Assembly: GCA_965205975.1 (NCBI GenBank)
Contig: OZ242195.1
Coordinates: forward strand, 3,872,001 to 3,936,000
Length of the DNA: 64,000 nucleotides
Reading direction: 5' to 3'
Origin: Candidatus Latescibacterota bacterium
GTDB lineage: Bacteria > Latescibacterota > UBA2968
The notes beneath the pieces were generated by a model, which saw nothing but the letters and a program-made list of their open reading frames with translations, did no database searches and was not told the origin of the DNA. Each line of letters begins with the position of its first letter. Position 1 is the first letter of the stretch. Shown piece by piece: positions 1-10,298 of the stretch. Both the position numbers and the translations under genes were made by a program.

Positions 1-87
1 CTCTTCTTCTGTCCGGGATTCGACATGGTCAATGACCTCCTGGACGCGCTTCTGATTCCAACCCTCGGGATATTTATTTTTATCCAT
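1..87 (-). CDS. 5' part of a small hypothetical protein (MDKNKYPEGWNQKRVQEVIDHVESRTEEE...), running off the window edge; resembles small antitoxin-like proteins
   Basis: Manual translation from ATG at 87; frame is open to position 1. Confidence 0.55.
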   Translation of the reverse strand, partial: MDKNKYPEGWNQKRVQEVIDHVESRTEEE

Positions 88-299
88 AGTTAAAGAAAAA
101 TACCACAACAACCCGTATTTTCAAACTCTTTTTGTACGCTTCGCACTTGATTGGATTGGGAAGAATATATATTTTCTCTCGTTGCAGATTGTAAGGGCGA
201 GGCATGCCTCGCCCCTACGGTTGCTTCACACTTCACGGACCCTCTTTTTTATTTGCATTCATCTGCGTTCATCTGCGTTCATCTGCGGATCACACTTCC

Positions 300-1880
300 A
301 TGACCAACCAACGCTTTGTCGCACTCATCATCCTCGACGGCTGGGGATTAAACCCGCGCCGGGACCACAACGCCGTGGCCCTTGCCAGCACCCCGACAAT
401 GGACCGCATCTGGGCCAACTACGCCCACACCACCCTCAACACTTCGGGACGCGCAGTCGGACTACCCGACGGGTTAATGGGCAACTCCGAAGTCGGCCAC
501 CTCAACCTCGGTGCGGGACGCACCGTCATGCAAGCCATGACCCAGATCGACGACCGCATACGAGACGGCAGCCTGTACAAAAACGAAGCCTTAATCGCCG
601 CCATAGACCGCATCAAAAACCACAACCGCAACCTCCACCTCATCGGCCTCGTCTCCGACGGCGGCGTACACTCATGGCCCGGACACTACGAGGGCCTCAT
701 CAAAATGGCAGCCGAGCGCGGCCTTCCCTCAAACCGCCTCTTCATCCACGCCTTCACAGACGGACGCGACACACCGCCCCAAAGTGCAATCCACCGCATG
801 CGCGAACTCCTCGCCATGTTCAAAACCCATGGCATTGGCCGCGTCGCATCCATATCCGGGCGATATTACGCCATGGACCGCGACCACCGCTGGGAACGCA
901 CCCAAATAGCCTATGACCTCCTCACACAGGGCAAAGGCATCGCAGAAACCGACCCCATCACAGCCATACAAAACGCCTATAACAGGGGTGAAACCGACGA
1001 ATTTATCAAACCCATCGCCATCGCCGGCAACCCCACCATAAAAGACGGAGACAGCGTCATCTTCTTCAACTTCCGCGGCGACAGACCCCGGCAACTCACC
1101 CGTGCCTTTACACTCAAAGACTTCGACGGCTTTCAACGCCATATCAGGCCCAGCGTACACTTCACCACCCTCACCCGATACGAAGCCGACGTACCCGTCA
1201 CCGGCATCGCGTACCCCCCCGAAACCCTCTCGCAAAACATGCCCAACATCTGCGGATCGGTCATCGCCCGGGCCAACAAACGACAACTACGCATCGCAGA
1301 AACAGAAAAATACGCCCACGTCACCTTCTTCTTCAACGGCCAACGGGAAACACCCTTTGACGGCGAAGAACGCATCCTCGTACCATCGCCCAAAGACGTC
1401 CCCACCTACGACCACAAACCCGAAATGAGCGCCTCTGAAATCGCAGACCGATTCACAGAAGCCATTGCATCCAACCAATACGACGCCGCAATATGCAACT
1501 TTGCCAACCCCGACATGGTGGGCCACACCGGCATCCTCGAAGCCGCCATACAGGCCGTCACCACCGTTGACACCTGCCTGGACCGCGTCCTCAAAGCCAT
1601 AGAAAACGCAAACGGCGCAGCCATCGTCACCGCTGACCACGGCAACGCCGAACAAATGCTACATTACAACACCGGCGAACCCCACACCGCACACACCACC
1701 AACCCCGTACCCTTTGTACTCGTTGACCCCACCTACAAGGGAAAACTGCGCGACGGTGGCACCTTGCGCGACGTCGCCCCCACCCTGCTCGCCCTCCTCA
1801 ACCTGCCAAAACCCGATGAAATGACTGGAAAGGATCTAAGGCAAAAGCAACCACCGATAAACACAGATGGACACAGATGA
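300..1880 (+). CDS. gpmI: 2,3-bisphosphoglycerate-independent phosphoglycerate mutase
   Basis: LIILDGWG, MGNSEVGH, GRYYAMDRD, AETEKYAHVTFF, NFANPDMVGHTG, TADHGN motifs; start moved to ATG 300 (MTNQRF). Confidence 0.97.
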   Translation: MTNQRFVALIILDGWGLNPRRDHNAVALASTPTMDRIWANYAHTTLNTSGRAVGLPDGLMGNSEVGHLNLGAGRTVMQAMTQIDDRIRDGSLYKNEALIAAIDRIKNHNRNLHLIGLVSDGGVHSWPGHYEGLIKMAAERGLPSNRLFIHAFTDGRDTPPQSAIHRMRELLAMFKTHGIGRVASISGRYYAMDRDHRWERTQIAYDLLTQGKGIAETDPITAIQNAYNRGETDEFIKPIAIAGNPTIKDGDSVIFFNFRGDRPRQLTRAFTLKDFDGFQRHIRPSVHFTTLTRYEADVPVTGIAYPPETLSQNMPNICGSVIARANKRQLRIAETEKYAHVTFFFNGQRETPFDGEERILVPSPKDVPTYDHKPEMSASEIADRFTEAIASNQYDAAICNFANPDMVGHTGILEAAIQAVTTVDTCLDRVLKAIENANGAAIVTADHGNAEQMLHYNTGEPHTAHTTNPVPFVLVDPTYKGKLRDGGTLRDVAPTLLALLNLPKPDEMTGKDLRQKQPPINTDGHR

Positions 1881-2074
1881 CAATCAAAACCAACGGCAAA
1901 AACTTCTGGATCACGGCTTTAAGCATGCCGCGATGACGGCTTTGTTTATGGAGCGGGAAAAGGATTTCCCTCCTACGGGACGGCACGACAGCACGGGGAC
2001 CGTCCCCTACAACATACTGGATCTCGCCTCTTGCCTTTTATCCGTGTTTATCCGTGTTCATCGGTGGTTGCATT

Positions 2075-3499
2075 TCAACTGTATTCCTCCCAAACCGGAA
2101 TCGTCCCCGCAGTTGAGCCATCTTTCACCAGAAGCTGTTCGCCATCTGTAAAACCTTCTGGACGCCCGACCAATTCCCCAATAAGACGAGACCGCCACAT
2201 CGCGACCTCATCTGCCCACCCCGGATCATCCGCCAGATTACTCATCTCGCAGGGATCATTTTCCACATCGAAAAACAGCTCTCGCCCCTGTCCTGGCAAA
2301 TAAGCGAACTTGCGCTTGCCATCCGTCACATATTGCATCCCGCTATTCGACGTAGGCACACTCGCGCACTCGCCGTGAACATAATCTCGCCACGCCGCTT
2401 GTGAATCGCGAATAATCGGCAACACACTCTCCCCATCCACCGTATCCGGAACCGGAACGCCCACCGCATCGAGCAACGTCGGCATAATATCCATCAACTC
2501 TACCGGACGATCAATCACCTGCTCCTGCGGCAACCTCAAACTATCGGGAAACTTCATCAACAACGGAACCCGCGCAGACGGCTCAAAAGGATTGCGCTTT
2601 CGCAACCACTGATGATCCCCCAACATCTCCCCGTGATCAGAAGCAAACACCACAATCGTATTGTCCGGCAACACGCGACCACTAACCAGACGTGCGATCT
2701 GGTGATCGATATGCTCGACACACCCGTAATAACCCGCCCGCGTCGCCTTCATAACTGGCGGATCCAAACACAACCGCCAGCACTCCGGCTGCAACCCCCG
2801 CACAGGACCGTCAAAAACCCGCGCCCAATCCCCCACATAAGGCTCTGGCAAATCCATCGCCATATACTTATCAAAATAATGTGCGGGCGGCGTAACCGGC
2901 TGGTGCGGATGGATAAAATTGACCGCCAAAAACCACGGCTGATCCCCCCTTTGCGAATCGATAAACTCCAGCCCCTTCTGCGTACACCAGTTGGTAAAAT
3001 GCAAATGCTCATCCAAATGCCACGGACGCCCTGGAAAACCATTGCTATACATCCCGTGCGCATCGGAAGCGCGGTGCCACGCCGCACCATTCTCGCGCAC
3101 ATATTTCTGATAATCATTATCAGCCCCTGAAATCGGACTATCCGCCCATTCCGCAGAATCAAACCCCAGTTCCCTCGCAGGCGGACCCCAGTGCGCCTTG
3201 CCGGACAGATGGGTGCGATACCCCGCATCGCGCAAAACCCCGGGCAAAGTCGGCCACGGCAGCGGTGCTTTGGCATTTTGAAGCGCACCGTGATTGCTCG
3301 GCTTGCGCCCCGTAATCACCGTACGGCGAGCCGGCACACACACCGGACAAGCCGAATAAGCGTGGCGAAAACGCACTCCCGACGCAGCCATAAAATCCAG
3401 ATTCGGCGTCTGCAACACGGGATGGCCCTCAATACCCAGACAATCGCCGCGCTGCTGATCCGTCATAATAAGTAAAATATTTGGTCTCTTATCTGGCAT
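2075..3499 (-). CDS. Sulfatase (Cys-type, formylglycine-dependent)
   Basis: RPNILLIMTDQQR, CVPAR (CxPxR), SDHGEMLGDH; start MPDKRP with GGAG SD. Confidence 0.93.
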   Translation of the reverse strand: MPDKRPNILLIMTDQQRGDCLGIEGHPVLQTPNLDFMAASGVRFRHAYSACPVCVPARRTVITGRKPSNHGALQNAKAPLPWPTLPGVLRDAGYRTHLSGKAHWGPPARELGFDSAEWADSPISGADNDYQKYVRENGAAWHRASDAHGMYSNGFPGRPWHLDEHLHFTNWCTQKGLEFIDSQRGDQPWFLAVNFIHPHQPVTPPAHYFDKYMAMDLPEPYVGDWARVFDGPVRGLQPECWRLCLDPPVMKATRAGYYGCVEHIDHQIARLVSGRVLPDNTIVVFASDHGEMLGDHQWLRKRNPFEPSARVPLLMKFPDSLRLPQEQVIDRPVELMDIMPTLLDAVGVPVPDTVDGESVLPIIRDSQAAWRDYVHGECASVPTSNSGMQYVTDGKRKFAYLPGQGRELFFDVENDPCEMSNLADDPGWADEVAMWRSRLIGELVGRPEGFTDGEQLLVKDGSTAGTIPVWEEYS

Positions 3500-4217
3500 T
3501 ATAATCTCCTTTTTGAAAATGATGCATACAAATCGCGGCGGCAGCAGACACATTCAGAGACCCGATAGCACCGCGAGGGACAATGCGACATATTTCATCG
3601 CACTTATCGCGCGTCAGGCGTCGCATCCCGCTCTCCTCATTCCCCAGCACCAGAAGCCAGGAGCGATCCGCCGAAAACGCACCCAAATCCTTCTCCGCAT
3701 GCTCAGAAGTCCCCAAAACCCACAAACCCGCATCCTTCGCCACATCCAACGCCCGGCTCAAATTGGTCTGAACAGAAAACGGAACATACTCGACACCCCC
3801 CGAAGCAACATCGTACGCCGCGCCGCTCATCGGAGCGGAACGATCTCGGGTAAGCAAAACACCGCGCACCCCAAAAAAAGCCGCCGTGCGAAAAACCGCC
3901 CCCAGATTTTGCGGATCCTGAACCGTATCCAGCGCCAAAAAAAGACCCGCATTATCGGCAAACAGCTCCGCGAGATCACAACCCGGATGTTCTTTAACCG
4001 CAGCTTCTGCGTCTCCTCCGCGAGATCGATCCTGCCGCACAGCCCCCTGTTCGCTCCTCCCGAAAAACACGCGCACACCGACCTCCTCTGCCCGTTCCCG
4101 CACAGTACTCCACACGCTACCGCCCTGTTTGGCAGGCAATCGAATCTCGAAAATATCCTGCGGACGCTTTTCTATCACCGCCAGAATACTGTGCGGATTT
4201 TTGAGATAAATCGGCAT
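3489..4217 (-). CDS. rlmB: TrmH/SpoU family RNA 2'-O-methyltransferase (RlmB-like)
   Basis: DTVQDPQNLGAVFRTA, LVLGNEESG, SLNVSAAAAI SPOUT motifs. Confidence 0.8.
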   Translation of the reverse strand: MPIYLKNPHSILAVIEKRPQDIFEIRLPAKQGGSVWSTVRERAEEVGVRVFFGRSEQGAVRQDRSRGGDAEAAVKEHPGCDLAELFADNAGLFLALDTVQDPQNLGAVFRTAAFFGVRGVLLTRDRSAPMSGAAYDVASGGVEYVPFSVQTNLSRALDVAKDAGLWVLGTSEHAEKDLGAFSADRSWLLVLGNEESGMRRLTRDKCDEICRIVPRGAIGSLNVSAAAAICMHHFQKGDYNAR

Positions 4218-4224
4218 ACGATCT

Positions 4225-4710
4225 CTATTTGCTCTCAAACCTATCGACTCTCGGCACGCGCTTCTCCAACTCAATCTGTGACGTGACGGACTTTGTTCCA
4301 GCGCCGTAAAAATAAACCAGATGCCCACCCGTATATCCCGCCGCGCACACCAGACCCGCGGTAACAAGACCGAAAACGAGATACACATAGCGAACAAACC
4401 CGACAAATTTCTTTTTTAAAACAAAATGCGTGCGCACCAGCGCCAGAGCAAAAGCGAGGAACGTCGTAACCGTACCCAGCGTATCGTGATCCTCTAAATC
4501 TGCGGCAATACCATCGATATACTGCGCAACCTCGGCCGCACTATCCCCGGTAAGCACGACTGGAATCGCGGTCAAAGCACCAAGCGAAAAAAGCAAATAC
4601 CCCGCTCGCACAAAAAAGTCGCGATGACGTAATACCCCAACAGCATCGCAAACAACGCCGATGATCAGCAATACAATGGGAAAATGTGCAACAAGAGGAT
4701 GAATATCCAT
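4225..4710 (-). CDS. DUF2231-like membrane protein
   Basis: HPLVAHFPI N-terminus, about 4 TM segments, GYTGGHLVY motif. Confidence 0.8.
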   Translation of the reverse strand: MDIHPLVAHFPIVLLIIGVVCDAVGVLRHRDFFVRAGYLLFSLGALTAIPVVLTGDSAAEVAQYIDGIAADLEDHDTLGTVTTFLAFALALVRTHFVLKKKFVGFVRYVYLVFGLVTAGLVCAAGYTGGHLVYFYGAGTKSVTSQIELEKRVPRVDRFESK

Positions 4711-4806
4711 AACAAAATAAAAAAACTATTTCAATCTCGCGAAAAATCCATTACAATGGGCGGGTTAAAATACAAACAAACAAGACCTGCGACAAGGAAG
4801 GATTGC

Positions 4807-6138
4807 ATGAACGACCGACCAAACATCTTATTTATGCACTCGCACAACACCGGAACCTATATCGAACCCTATGGACACGCTGTACCAACGCCACACCTGC
4901 AGCAACTGGCAGAACAAGGCGTCTTATTTCGTCGGGCGTATGCCACAGCCCCCACCTGTTCGCCCAGCAGAGCCAGCTTCTTAACCGGCATGTACCCCCA
5001 CTCCTGCGGCATGACAGGCCTTGCACACCGCGGCTTTGCCATGTCCAATTACGACTGGCATGCAGCCCGCATCTTCAAGACACATGGCTACTTCACCGCA
5101 ACCGCTGGCGTAGAGCATACTGCACCGGACCTGGATACAATTGGATACGACGAAATCCTCTCCGGACTGGACACAAATTACCCCGGACAGCCCAAATGGA
5201 TTGAACCCGCGGATGCCGTCGTAGATTTTTTGCAAAACGCCCCCCAACAACCCTTCTTCTTAAATTTGGGATTAAACGAAACGCACCGGCCATTTCACAG
5301 TGCCAACCCGGACAAACACCCCGCAGAACGCGAACAATACTGCATTCCCCCCCGTCCCCTGCCCGACACACCGGAAACCCGCGCCGACACAGCCGACTAC
5401 AAAGCCTCTGCGCGCATCATGGACAACCACTACGGCAACGTACTCACAGCACTCGAAGAAACCGGCCTATCCGACAACACCCTCGTATTCTGCTTTGCCG
5501 ACCACGGCCTGCAATTTCCGCGCAACATGTGCAACCTGACAGACCACGGCATTGGCGTGTACCTCATCATACGCGGACCGGGCGGATTTGAAGGCGGAAA
5601 AGTCATAAACGCGATGGTCAGCTTAATGGACCTGTTGCCCACCGCATATCGCGCTGCCGGCATAGAAATCCCCGCCCACGTACAGGGAAAATTCCTGCAC
5701 CCTCTGATAAACGAAGACAGCCACCGGGAAGAAATCTTTTCAGAAGTCACCTATCACGCCGCGTATGAACCCATGCGCAGCATCCGCACAGAGCGATACA
5801 AATATATTCGGCGATACGACAACCGCGACAAACTCGTATTGCCCAACGTCGATGACACCCCCACAAAAGCCTTCTTACTCAATCAAAACTGGGAAAATTT
5901 GCCACGCGATCAGGAAATGTTGTACGACCTCATATTTGACCCCGATGAAACTCACAACATCATCGACCGGGAAGACATGGCACCTGTGCGGAAAAACCTG
6001 AGCCATCGAATGCACGCATGGATGGCAGAAACAAATGACCCCCTCTTGCCAGACGGACACATCGCCGCACCGGGCGGTTCGCAGGTCAACAACTCCGATG
6101 GTCGCTCGCCGAATGAGGCGCCGGAGGTCGTGGCGTAG
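4807..6138 (+). CDS. Sulfatase (N-sulfoglucosamine sulfohydrolase-like)
   Basis: RPNILF, CSPSRAS, FADHG motifs; start MNDRPN. Confidence 0.92.
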   Translation: MNDRPNILFMHSHNTGTYIEPYGHAVPTPHLQQLAEQGVLFRRAYATAPTCSPSRASFLTGMYPHSCGMTGLAHRGFAMSNYDWHAARIFKTHGYFTATAGVEHTAPDLDTIGYDEILSGLDTNYPGQPKWIEPADAVVDFLQNAPQQPFFLNLGLNETHRPFHSANPDKHPAEREQYCIPPRPLPDTPETRADTADYKASARIMDNHYGNVLTALEETGLSDNTLVFCFADHGLQFPRNMCNLTDHGIGVYLIIRGPGGFEGGKVINAMVSLMDLLPTAYRAAGIEIPAHVQGKFLHPLINEDSHREEIFSEVTYHAAYEPMRSIRTERYKYIRRYDNRDKLVLPNVDDTPTKAFLLNQNWENLPRDQEMLYDLIFDPDETHNIIDREDMAPVRKNLSHRMHAWMAETNDPLLPDGHIAAPGGSQVNNSDGRSPNEAPEVVA

Positions 6139-6168
6139 GCTGGATACTTTTTAAAAAGGAGACACCCC

Positions 6169-7266
6169 ATGAAAATGCAAGCATCGCTACTCTATGAACC
6201 GGGCAGGCCATTGGAAGTGGCGGACCTGGACCTGGAAGGACCAAAAGAAGACGAAGTCATGGTACGCATGATCGCCACCGGCGTATGTCACAGTTGTTTA
6301 CACGTCGTAGATGGCAGCTGGACCGGATTTCCAATGCCAATGGTACTCGGCGATGAAGGGGCTGGAATAGTAGAAGAAATAGGACCCGGCGTTCGACATA
6401 TAAAACCCGGCGACCACGTCATCCTATCCTGGGCATCCACATGCGGGCGCTGTCACTACTGCGTAACCGGACTATCGCACCTGTGTGAACGCACTCCGCC
6501 GGGCAAAGGGGTATTAATGGACGGCACATCCAGAATGAAAATAAAAGGCCAAACCGTGTACCATTACGGACCCGCGTGCAGCTACGCCTCATACTCCGTC
6601 ATGCCCGCCTCCTGTGCCGTCCCCATCCGGGAAGACATGCCCCTCGAAGTAGCCGCATTAATCGGCTGTTCGGTCATGACCGGCGTAGGCTCCGTCATCA
6701 ACACCGCCGCCGTAACGCCCGGAGCCAGCATAGCCGTATTCGGCACCGGGGGAATTGGCCTGAACGTCATACAGGGCGGAACCCTCGTACAGGCACACCC
6801 GATAATCGCAGTCGATATCAACCCCGCCAAACTGGAATACGCAAAATCCTTTGGCGCAACACACACCATCGACGCCAGCAAAGAAAATCCGGTCGAAGCC
6901 ATAAAAGACCTCACCGGACGCGGGGCGGATTATTCATTTGTAGCAGTCGGCAACGCGCAAGTCATCAATCAAGCGTGGGACTGTCTGGCATCCAGGGGCC
7001 AGTGTCTGCTCATCGGCCTGCCCCCAACCGGCTCCACCGTGACATTTGACACCGACAACCTCCAATCCAACGAACGCATCCTGCGCGGCTGCAAATACGG
7101 AAGCGCGAGAACCTGGGACGACTTCCCGCGCATGGTAGAACTCTATCTGGCTGGCAAACTAAAAATCGACGAACTCGTAACCCGGCGATTTGATCTCGAA
7201 GGCGCCAACGAAGCATTTGACGCCCTGGCCGCTGGAGAAGTCGCCCGGGGATTGATCGTCTTCTAA
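6169..7266 (+). CDS. Zn-dependent alcohol dehydrogenase (class III-like MDR)
   Basis: GVCHS, GDEGAG, CGRCHYC...C, GTGGIG; AGGAG SD. Confidence 0.92.
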   Translation: MKMQASLLYEPGRPLEVADLDLEGPKEDEVMVRMIATGVCHSCLHVVDGSWTGFPMPMVLGDEGAGIVEEIGPGVRHIKPGDHVILSWASTCGRCHYCVTGLSHLCERTPPGKGVLMDGTSRMKIKGQTVYHYGPACSYASYSVMPASCAVPIREDMPLEVAALIGCSVMTGVGSVINTAAVTPGASIAVFGTGGIGLNVIQGGTLVQAHPIIAVDINPAKLEYAKSFGATHTIDASKENPVEAIKDLTGRGADYSFVAVGNAQVINQAWDCLASRGQCLLIGLPPTGSTVTFDTDNLQSNERILRGCKYGSARTWDDFPRMVELYLAGKLKIDELVTRRFDLEGANEAFDALAAGEVARGLIVF

Positions 7267-7683
7267 TTAAAGACTATCTACAGGACTGGAGGCAGGAAAA
7301 ATAGTAGTAATAGCGTGCTGCGTAAGCGAATCTGAAAACGAAACCCGGGGAGAATCGGTCCGGCTCGTATCCATAACAGCAGCCGGCGATTCGGGAGACC
7401 GTGTCGCCGCGGGATCGGGCTGCGACTTGCGGATACCCAAAACCGCAAACAGAACAATCCCCATCGCGAAAGCCATCTGATAAACGGGCAAGCGCACCGG
7501 GAACCTGAAAAAACGCAATACATTGAACCCACCGCGTTCGCGCGCAGACATCTGGGCAACAACAGAATTGCGAATCGCCGGATCCGGTTCAAGACCCCCG
7601 GACCTGGGAACTGCAAGCACCTGGCTCAACATCCCATCTACATCTTTTTTATTATTAAACTCAATAGGAATAACCCGCTTCAT
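7267..7683 (-). CDS. Putative single-pass membrane anti-sigma factor
   Basis: Directly follows the ECF sigma gene; one TM segment; GAGGAG SD before ATG 7683. Confidence 0.6.
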   Translation of the reverse strand: MKRVIPIEFNNKKDVDGMLSQVLAVPRSGGLEPDPAIRNSVVAQMSARERGGFNVLRFFRFPVRLPVYQMAFAMGIVLFAVLGIRKSQPDPAATRSPESPAAVMDTSRTDSPRVSFSDSLTQHAITTIFPASSPVDSL

Positions 7684-7693
7684 ATCCATCTCC

Positions 7694-8281
7694 TCATCCA
7701 CACAGGGAATTTCGCCCCTGAAGTTTCTCTGCCAGCCTCTGCGTAACATGGTGAAGCCTCGACTTAACCGTACCCTCGGGACACCCGAGAATCTGGCTAA
7801 TCTCTCGAATACTGCGACACTCTTGATGCCGCAACAAAAACGTCGTACGCTGATCCACACTGAGCTTATCCAGCTCATCCATCATCGCGCGCAGAAAAGC
7901 CCGTTCATCGCACGCCTTTTCTATCGCATGATCACCGTCAACCCACCCACAATGCATATCGATATCGGGATCATTAACCACAATCTTGCGCACACTCTGC
8001 TTGCGATACTCGTTCTTGCACATATTGTGTGCAACCGTATAAAGCCAGGACGTAAAGGCATTACCCCGCTTAAAACGGGTGGACTTCTCGACAATTTTCA
8101 AAAACAAATCCTGCAGAAAATCCTGCGCCTTCTCCTCGTCCCCCCCCAGCATGCGATGAAAATAGTAAAGCATCCGCTTGCTATATCGGGCATAGAGTTC
8201 GTCAAATGCGGCCGTATCGCCCCGCTGAATGCGGGACATGAGCTTTTCATCGGAAAGCGTGTGATATTTTCTCGGGAACAT
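7694..8281 (-). CDS. ECF RNA polymerase sigma factor
   Basis: AQDFLQDLFLK, FTSWLYTVAHN, SIREISQILGCPEGTVKSRL. Confidence 0.95.
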   Translation of the reverse strand: MFPRKYHTLSDEKLMSRIQRGDTAAFDELYARYSKRMLYYFHRMLGGDEEKAQDFLQDLFLKIVEKSTRFKRGNAFTSWLYTVAHNMCKNEYRKQSVRKIVVNDPDIDMHCGWVDGDHAIEKACDERAFLRAMMDELDKLSVDQRTTFLLRHQECRSIREISQILGCPEGTVKSRLHHVTQRLAEKLQGRNSLCG

Positions 8282-8325
8282 AAAAATCCAGACGGTGCGT
8301 GATTTATAGCGCCTTTCTACCTATT

Positions 8326-8362
8326 GCATACCCCTGACATTGCCAAAAAGTTCAAACTTTTT
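8326..8362 (-). promoter_or_regulatory. Putative ECF-type autoregulatory promoter (GAACTT ... GTAT) upstream of the sigma gene
   Basis: Minus strand reads TGAACTTTTTGGCAATGTCAGGGGTATGC, resembling ECF -35/-10 elements. Confidence 0.4.
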
Positions 8363-8833
8363 TTACTGCGTAACATCGGCTTCTACGACAAACTCGACCT
8401 TACAGTTCACAATATGAAATAACGCGAGCATTTGCCGAATGGATTTTCGATAATTGGTCTGATCGAGAAGGCGGTAGTATTGCGCGGGCGATGTACCGAG
8501 CCGACGAATAATCTCACGGGTGCTCAGCGGCGACCTCTCGACCGCCTCCCGAACCCGGCATGTCAACTCATAGAGCAACAAATCCGCCATATAACCGGGA
8601 TCGCGATTGTATTCGAGCACATGATCGATATGAACCGTCCCCTCATCCCCGGAAGCGAGCACATAGACAAACCCCTCATTGTCCAACTCCGGATCCACAT
8701 AAACGTTGACAACCCAGCGCCCTTTGCGCGGTATTGGTCGCACAACCGCATAGGGAAACACATAGGTATTATTGTACGTATAAACCTCAAAAGCCTTCTT
8801 CCGATTATTCGGCACAACTTTTCGAATTTTCAA
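8363..8833 (-). CDS. Putative antitoxin with C-terminal HTH
   Basis: 4-nt overlap with the DUF4160 gene; STREIIRRLGTSPAQYYRL HTH-like segment. Confidence 0.65.
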   Translation of the reverse strand: MKIRKVVPNNRKKAFEVYTYNNTYVFPYAVVRPIPRKGRWVVNVYVDPELDNEGFVYVLASGDEGTVHIDHVLEYNRDPGYMADLLLYELTCRVREAVERSPLSTREIIRRLGTSPAQYYRLLDQTNYRKSIRQMLALFHIVNCKVEFVVEADVTQ

Positions 8834-9024
8834 AGCGCACCCCTATCTTGCAATTCTCGTATATATTTTAAAATTTGACCCGTCGGCTTTCCCTTCATCG
8901 CCCTATTATTTTCCAAATCCCATTTAACGACCAGCTTACCCGACTGATAGACGTGAACGTGTCTTGGGGGATGGTCGCCAGCCCAAAACACAAAAATGAA
9001 ATTTCCTCGCCGAATTCTACCCAT
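8830..9024 (-). CDS. DUF4160 (HicA-like) putative toxin, probably leaderless
   Basis: DHPPRHVHVY motif; 64 aa from ATG 9024. Confidence 0.8.
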   Translation of the reverse strand: MGRIRRGNFIFVFWAGDHPPRHVHVYQSGKLVVKWDLENNRAMKGKPTGQILKYIRELQDRGAL

Positions 9025-9028
9025 TCTT

Positions 9029-9059
9029 AAATGTAACCATATACGGTTACATTTGTCAA
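9029..9059 (-). promoter_or_regulatory. Sigma70 promoter (TTGACA-18 nt-TACATT) overlapped by a perfect 10-bp inverted-repeat operator
   Basis: AAATGTAACC (9029-9038) / GGTTACATTT (9045-9054); -35 at 9054-9059. Confidence 0.7.
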
Positions 9060-9185
9060 GAGCGGGCAAAAAAAATTTGATTTATCCTATTGTGCCAAAA
9101 GGTTCAAACTTTTTCTATTTTTTATTTATATTGAGAGGGTGTATAATTTGATTTATACAACCCCCTCAATTAAATCGGAGACACA

Positions 9186-10295
9186 ATGGACCGAGTAAAA
9201 CGTCGCGACTTCATAAAAAAAGCTGGCCTTGCCGGCGGCGCTGCACTATTGGCGGGCTGTGCATCCCCACAAGAAACTGGGGCACCCGCTGTACAAACGC
9301 GCAAAAAATACGAATGGAAAATGGTCACAACCTGGTCGCCGCACTTCCCCATCCTGGGAGAATCCGCTGAACACATCGCCAAATGGACAGAAGAAATGTC
9401 CGAAGGCCAGCTCAAAATACAGGTCTATGGCGGCGGCGAACTCATCCCCCCCCTCGAAGGCTTTGACGCCGTAAGCGCGGGAACCGCGGAAATGTGTCAC
9501 GGCGCCGCGTATTACTGGGCTGGAAAAGCGCAGGCAACCCAATTCTTCGCCTCTGTACCCTTTGGCATGAACGCCCAACAAATGAACGCCTGGATCACCA
9601 GTGGCGGAGGCCTCGCCTTATGGGAAGAACTCTACGCCCCATTTAACCTCATCCCCATCCCCGCAGGCAACACCGGCGTACAAATGGGTGGCTGGTTCAA
9701 CCGAGAAATCAACGCCGTAAGCGACCTTCAGGGCCTCAAAATGCGCATCCCGGGCCTCGGCGGCAAAGTCATCTCCAAAGCTGGCGGCGCCGCAATATTA
9801 TCAGCAGGAACAGAAATCTTCACCAACCTCGAACGCGGCGTCATCGACGCAACCGAATGGATCGGACCCTATCACGACTCACTCATGGGCTTTTACAAAG
9901 CCGCCAAATACTATTATTATCCCGGCTGGCACGAACCCGGCACCGTCATAGAACTCATCGTCAACAAATCCGCCTACGAAACCCTGCCCAAAAACCTGCA
10001 AGACATCGTGCGAACCGCTGCAGCCCGCGCAAATGCCTGGACACTATCGGAATTTGAAGCAAAAAACAACGCGCATCTGCAAACCCTCATAAAAGACCAC
10101 AACGTCATACTAAAAAAATTCCCCGACGAAGTCCTCAGCACACTTCAAAAATACGCCGGAGAAGTCATAGATGAACTCGTCGCAGCCGATGCCATGAGCA
10201 AAAAAGTATATGAATCATTTGAAGCATTTCGCAAAAAAATGCACGGCTGGGCGGCGATATCGGAGAAAATCTATTACGAGAACTTGAGTGCATGA
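9186..10295 (+). CDS. dctP: TRAP transporter substrate-binding protein (TakP-like, Tat signal)
   Basis: KRRDFIK twin-arginine motif; GNTGVQMGGWF, LKMRIPG, DATEWIGP. Confidence 0.93.
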   Translation: MDRVKRRDFIKKAGLAGGAALLAGCASPQETGAPAVQTRKKYEWKMVTTWSPHFPILGESAEHIAKWTEEMSEGQLKIQVYGGGELIPPLEGFDAVSAGTAEMCHGAAYYWAGKAQATQFFASVPFGMNAQQMNAWITSGGGLALWEELYAPFNLIPIPAGNTGVQMGGWFNREINAVSDLQGLKMRIPGLGGKVISKAGGAAILSAGTEIFTNLERGVIDATEWIGPYHDSLMGFYKAAKYYYYPGWHEPGTVIELIVNKSAYETLPKNLQDIVRTAAARANAWTLSEFEAKNNAHLQTLIKDHNVILKKFPDEVLSTLQKYAGEVIDELVAADAMSKKVYESFEAFRKKMHGWAAISEKIYYENLSA

Positions 10296-10298
10296 CCG

